Translations under genes and position numbers: made by a program
In this document: piece by piece, positions 54,578-55,444 of the stretch
How positions within the stretch are numbered: the first letter of the stretch is position 1
How the letters are laid out: each line of letters starts with the position of its first letter
The notes under the pieces: model-generated
What the model saw: only the letters and a program-made list of their open reading frames with translations
Database searches by the model: none
Told to the model about the DNA's origin: nothing
Assembly (NCBI GenBank): GCA_964429215.1
Contig: CAYSAY010000006.1
Coordinates: 1-55,444, forward strand
Direction of reading: 5' to 3'
Origin: an uncultured Gammaproteobacteria bacterium
GTDB lineage: Bacteria; Patescibacteriota; Microgenomatia; UBA8517
DNA length: 55,444 nucleotides

Positions 54578-55444
54578 AACACATCGATCTAAGAAAAAAA
54601 TATCCAGAATTTGTTTATGAAAGTTCTGCTTGGGTTATTGAAAATAACAATTTATTGATTTCGTTTAAATTTAAAATTGGTGAGGAGTTTGAGTTTAATC
54701 CAAAAATAACTATAAAAAATATTAATGTTGAGAGAATAAATGATATAAAGGCCACGGTGAATAATTTAGTATTTAATATTGGATTAGTCGAAATGTTTTC
54801 TTATTGGAAAGCATTTTGTTCTCCTAAAATAATTGTAAATGCCGGTTATCTTGATGATTACCAGATTAATTGGTGGAAAAAATTACTGAATAATGGAATG
54901 GGACAATATTTCTATGAAAATCAAATTGATTTTCGAGACGAAAAATTTATTGAAATTGTTTCCACCACTCATGTTTTAACGGTCGAACCATTAAAGGTGT
55001 ATGGAAATAAAATATTGGTTCCAGTTGGTGGAGGTAAAGATTCATCTGTTACTTTGGAAATACTTAAAAATAATTTTAATGATGTTAGCTCATTTTTATT
55101 AAATCCATCGAAAGCCTCTTTAGAAACTGTAAAAATTGCAGAAGTTGATTCAGTTATAGTATTAAGAGATCTTGATACACAATTGTTAAATTTAGGTAGC
55201 GAATATTTAAATGGTCATACTCCATTTACAGCTGTATTATCTTTTGTAAGTTTATTGGTTTCCGTAATTGGTGAATATAAGTATTTGATATTTTCAAATG
55301 AACAAAGTTCAAATGAAGGAAATACTAATTATTTAAAAACTGAAATTAATCATCAATACAGTAAGAGTTTTGAATTTGAAAATGATTTTAGAGAATATAA
55401 CAATAAATATCTAAGTAATGTTGATTATTTTAGTTTTCTTAGAC
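54574..55444 (+). CDS. PP-loop ATP-pyrophosphatase-like protein of unknown function; 3' end truncated by the window edge (not in the supplied ORF track)
   Basis: My own translation from ATG 54574 (ATGA overlap with the murC-murB stop) stays open to nt 55444 (290 codons). KILVPVGGGKDSSVTLEILK resembles an SGGxDS PP-loop. NGHTPFTAV lies downstream. Confidence 0.6.
   Translation, partial: MKHIDLRKKYPEFVYESSAWVIENNNLLISFKFKIGEEFEFNPKITIKNINVERINDIKATVNNLVFNIGLVEMFSYWKAFCSPKIIVNAGYLDDYQINWWKKLLNNGMGQYFYENQIDFRDEKFIEIVSTTHVLTVEPLKVYGNKILVPVGGGKDSSVTLEILKNNFNDVSSFLLNPSKASLETVKIAEVDSVIVLRDLDTQLLNLGSEYLNGHTPFTAVLSFVSLLVSVIGEYKYLIFSNEQSSNEGNTNYLKTEINHQYSKSFEFENDFREYNNKYLSNVDYFSFLR

Noticed and set aside
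261-54582. About 45 short (60-145 aa) ORFs in the supplied track lie antisense to, or out of frame within, the large genes. Examples are 261..491(-), 3057..3242(-), 15578..15916(-), 33232..33603(-), 39219..39494(-), 45955..46338(-), 51323..51667(+), 51731..52078(+) and 54145..54582(-).
   Set aside because: Each is fully embedded in a longer ORF that carries strong family motifs. Their translations are low-complexity or biased (rich in S/F/I/L/K, as expected from reading AT-rich coding DNA in the wrong frame). None has a recognisable motif or its own intergenic space.
1-55444. Possible alternative genetic code (UGA recoded, as in some CPR lineages).
   Set aside because: TGA terminates many well-defined genes exactly where the next gene starts (ATGA overlaps at 785, 2116, 3710, 5531, 20945, 21787, 27330, 30534, 31730, 32783, 33424, 38798 and 54574). 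Conserved proteins such as GlyRS, MurA and AsnB have normal lengths under the standard code.
1-55444. CRISPR arrays, tRNA/rRNA genes, prophage or known defence-system gene sets.
   Set aside because: Intergenic regions are all under 170 nt. No regularly spaced repeat-spacer structure, no tRNA-like cloverleaf candidates and no phage or defence hallmark proteins were seen apart from the solo NYN-domain gene and the Y1 transposase.

Overview
The window is AT-rich (about one-third G+C by eye) and very gene-dense. It uses the standard bacterial code: TGA is a stop in many ATGA start/stop overlaps. No tRNA, rRNA or CRISPR array was seen. The style (short overlapping genes, few Shine-Dalgarno sites, fused Mur enzymes, a DUF4012 protein, a short RecO) suggests a Patescibacteria/CPR-like bacterium; this is inference only.

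There are three blocks.

(1) nt 1-38243 is one very large, almost uni-directional surface-glycan assembly locus of 38 ORFs, 34 on the + strand. It holds:
- about 9 large polytopic GT-C-like membrane glycosyltransferase paralogs
- 8 GT-B/GT4 enzymes, one of them split into two ORFs
- 2 GT-A/GT2 enzymes
- 4 SAM methyltransferases
- a DegT-type sugar aminotransferase and a cupin
- an AsnB-type amidotransferase and a hexapeptide acetyltransferase
- a Wzx-like flippase, a Wzy/O-antigen-ligase-like protein, an MFS transporter and a DedA/VTT-like protein
- a ManC-like nucleotidyltransferase, a PglC-like priming phosphoglycosyltransferase and a DUF4012 protein
- a lone antisense NYN-domain gene

(2) nt 38262-42453 holds recO, glyQS bracketed by two small cupin genes, a roughly 760-bp IS200/RAYT-like HUH-Y1 transposase unit bounded by perfect 37-nt direct repeats that carry a hairpin, and a hypothetical membrane-anchored protein.

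(3) nt 42527-55444 is a rearranged dcw/peptidoglycan cluster:
- a putative promoter plus three 10-bp-phased AATGGA boxes (candidate MraZ operator)
- mraZ, rsmH, an ftsL-like gene, ftsI and murA
- a MurE fused to a GlmU-type uridyltransferase domain, then yvcK
- a convergent tdh-kbl pair
- a MurC-MurB fusion
- a translationally coupled, 3'-truncated PP-loop ATPase gene of unknown function

All protein calls rest on motifs read by eye from the supplied translations. No database search was run.
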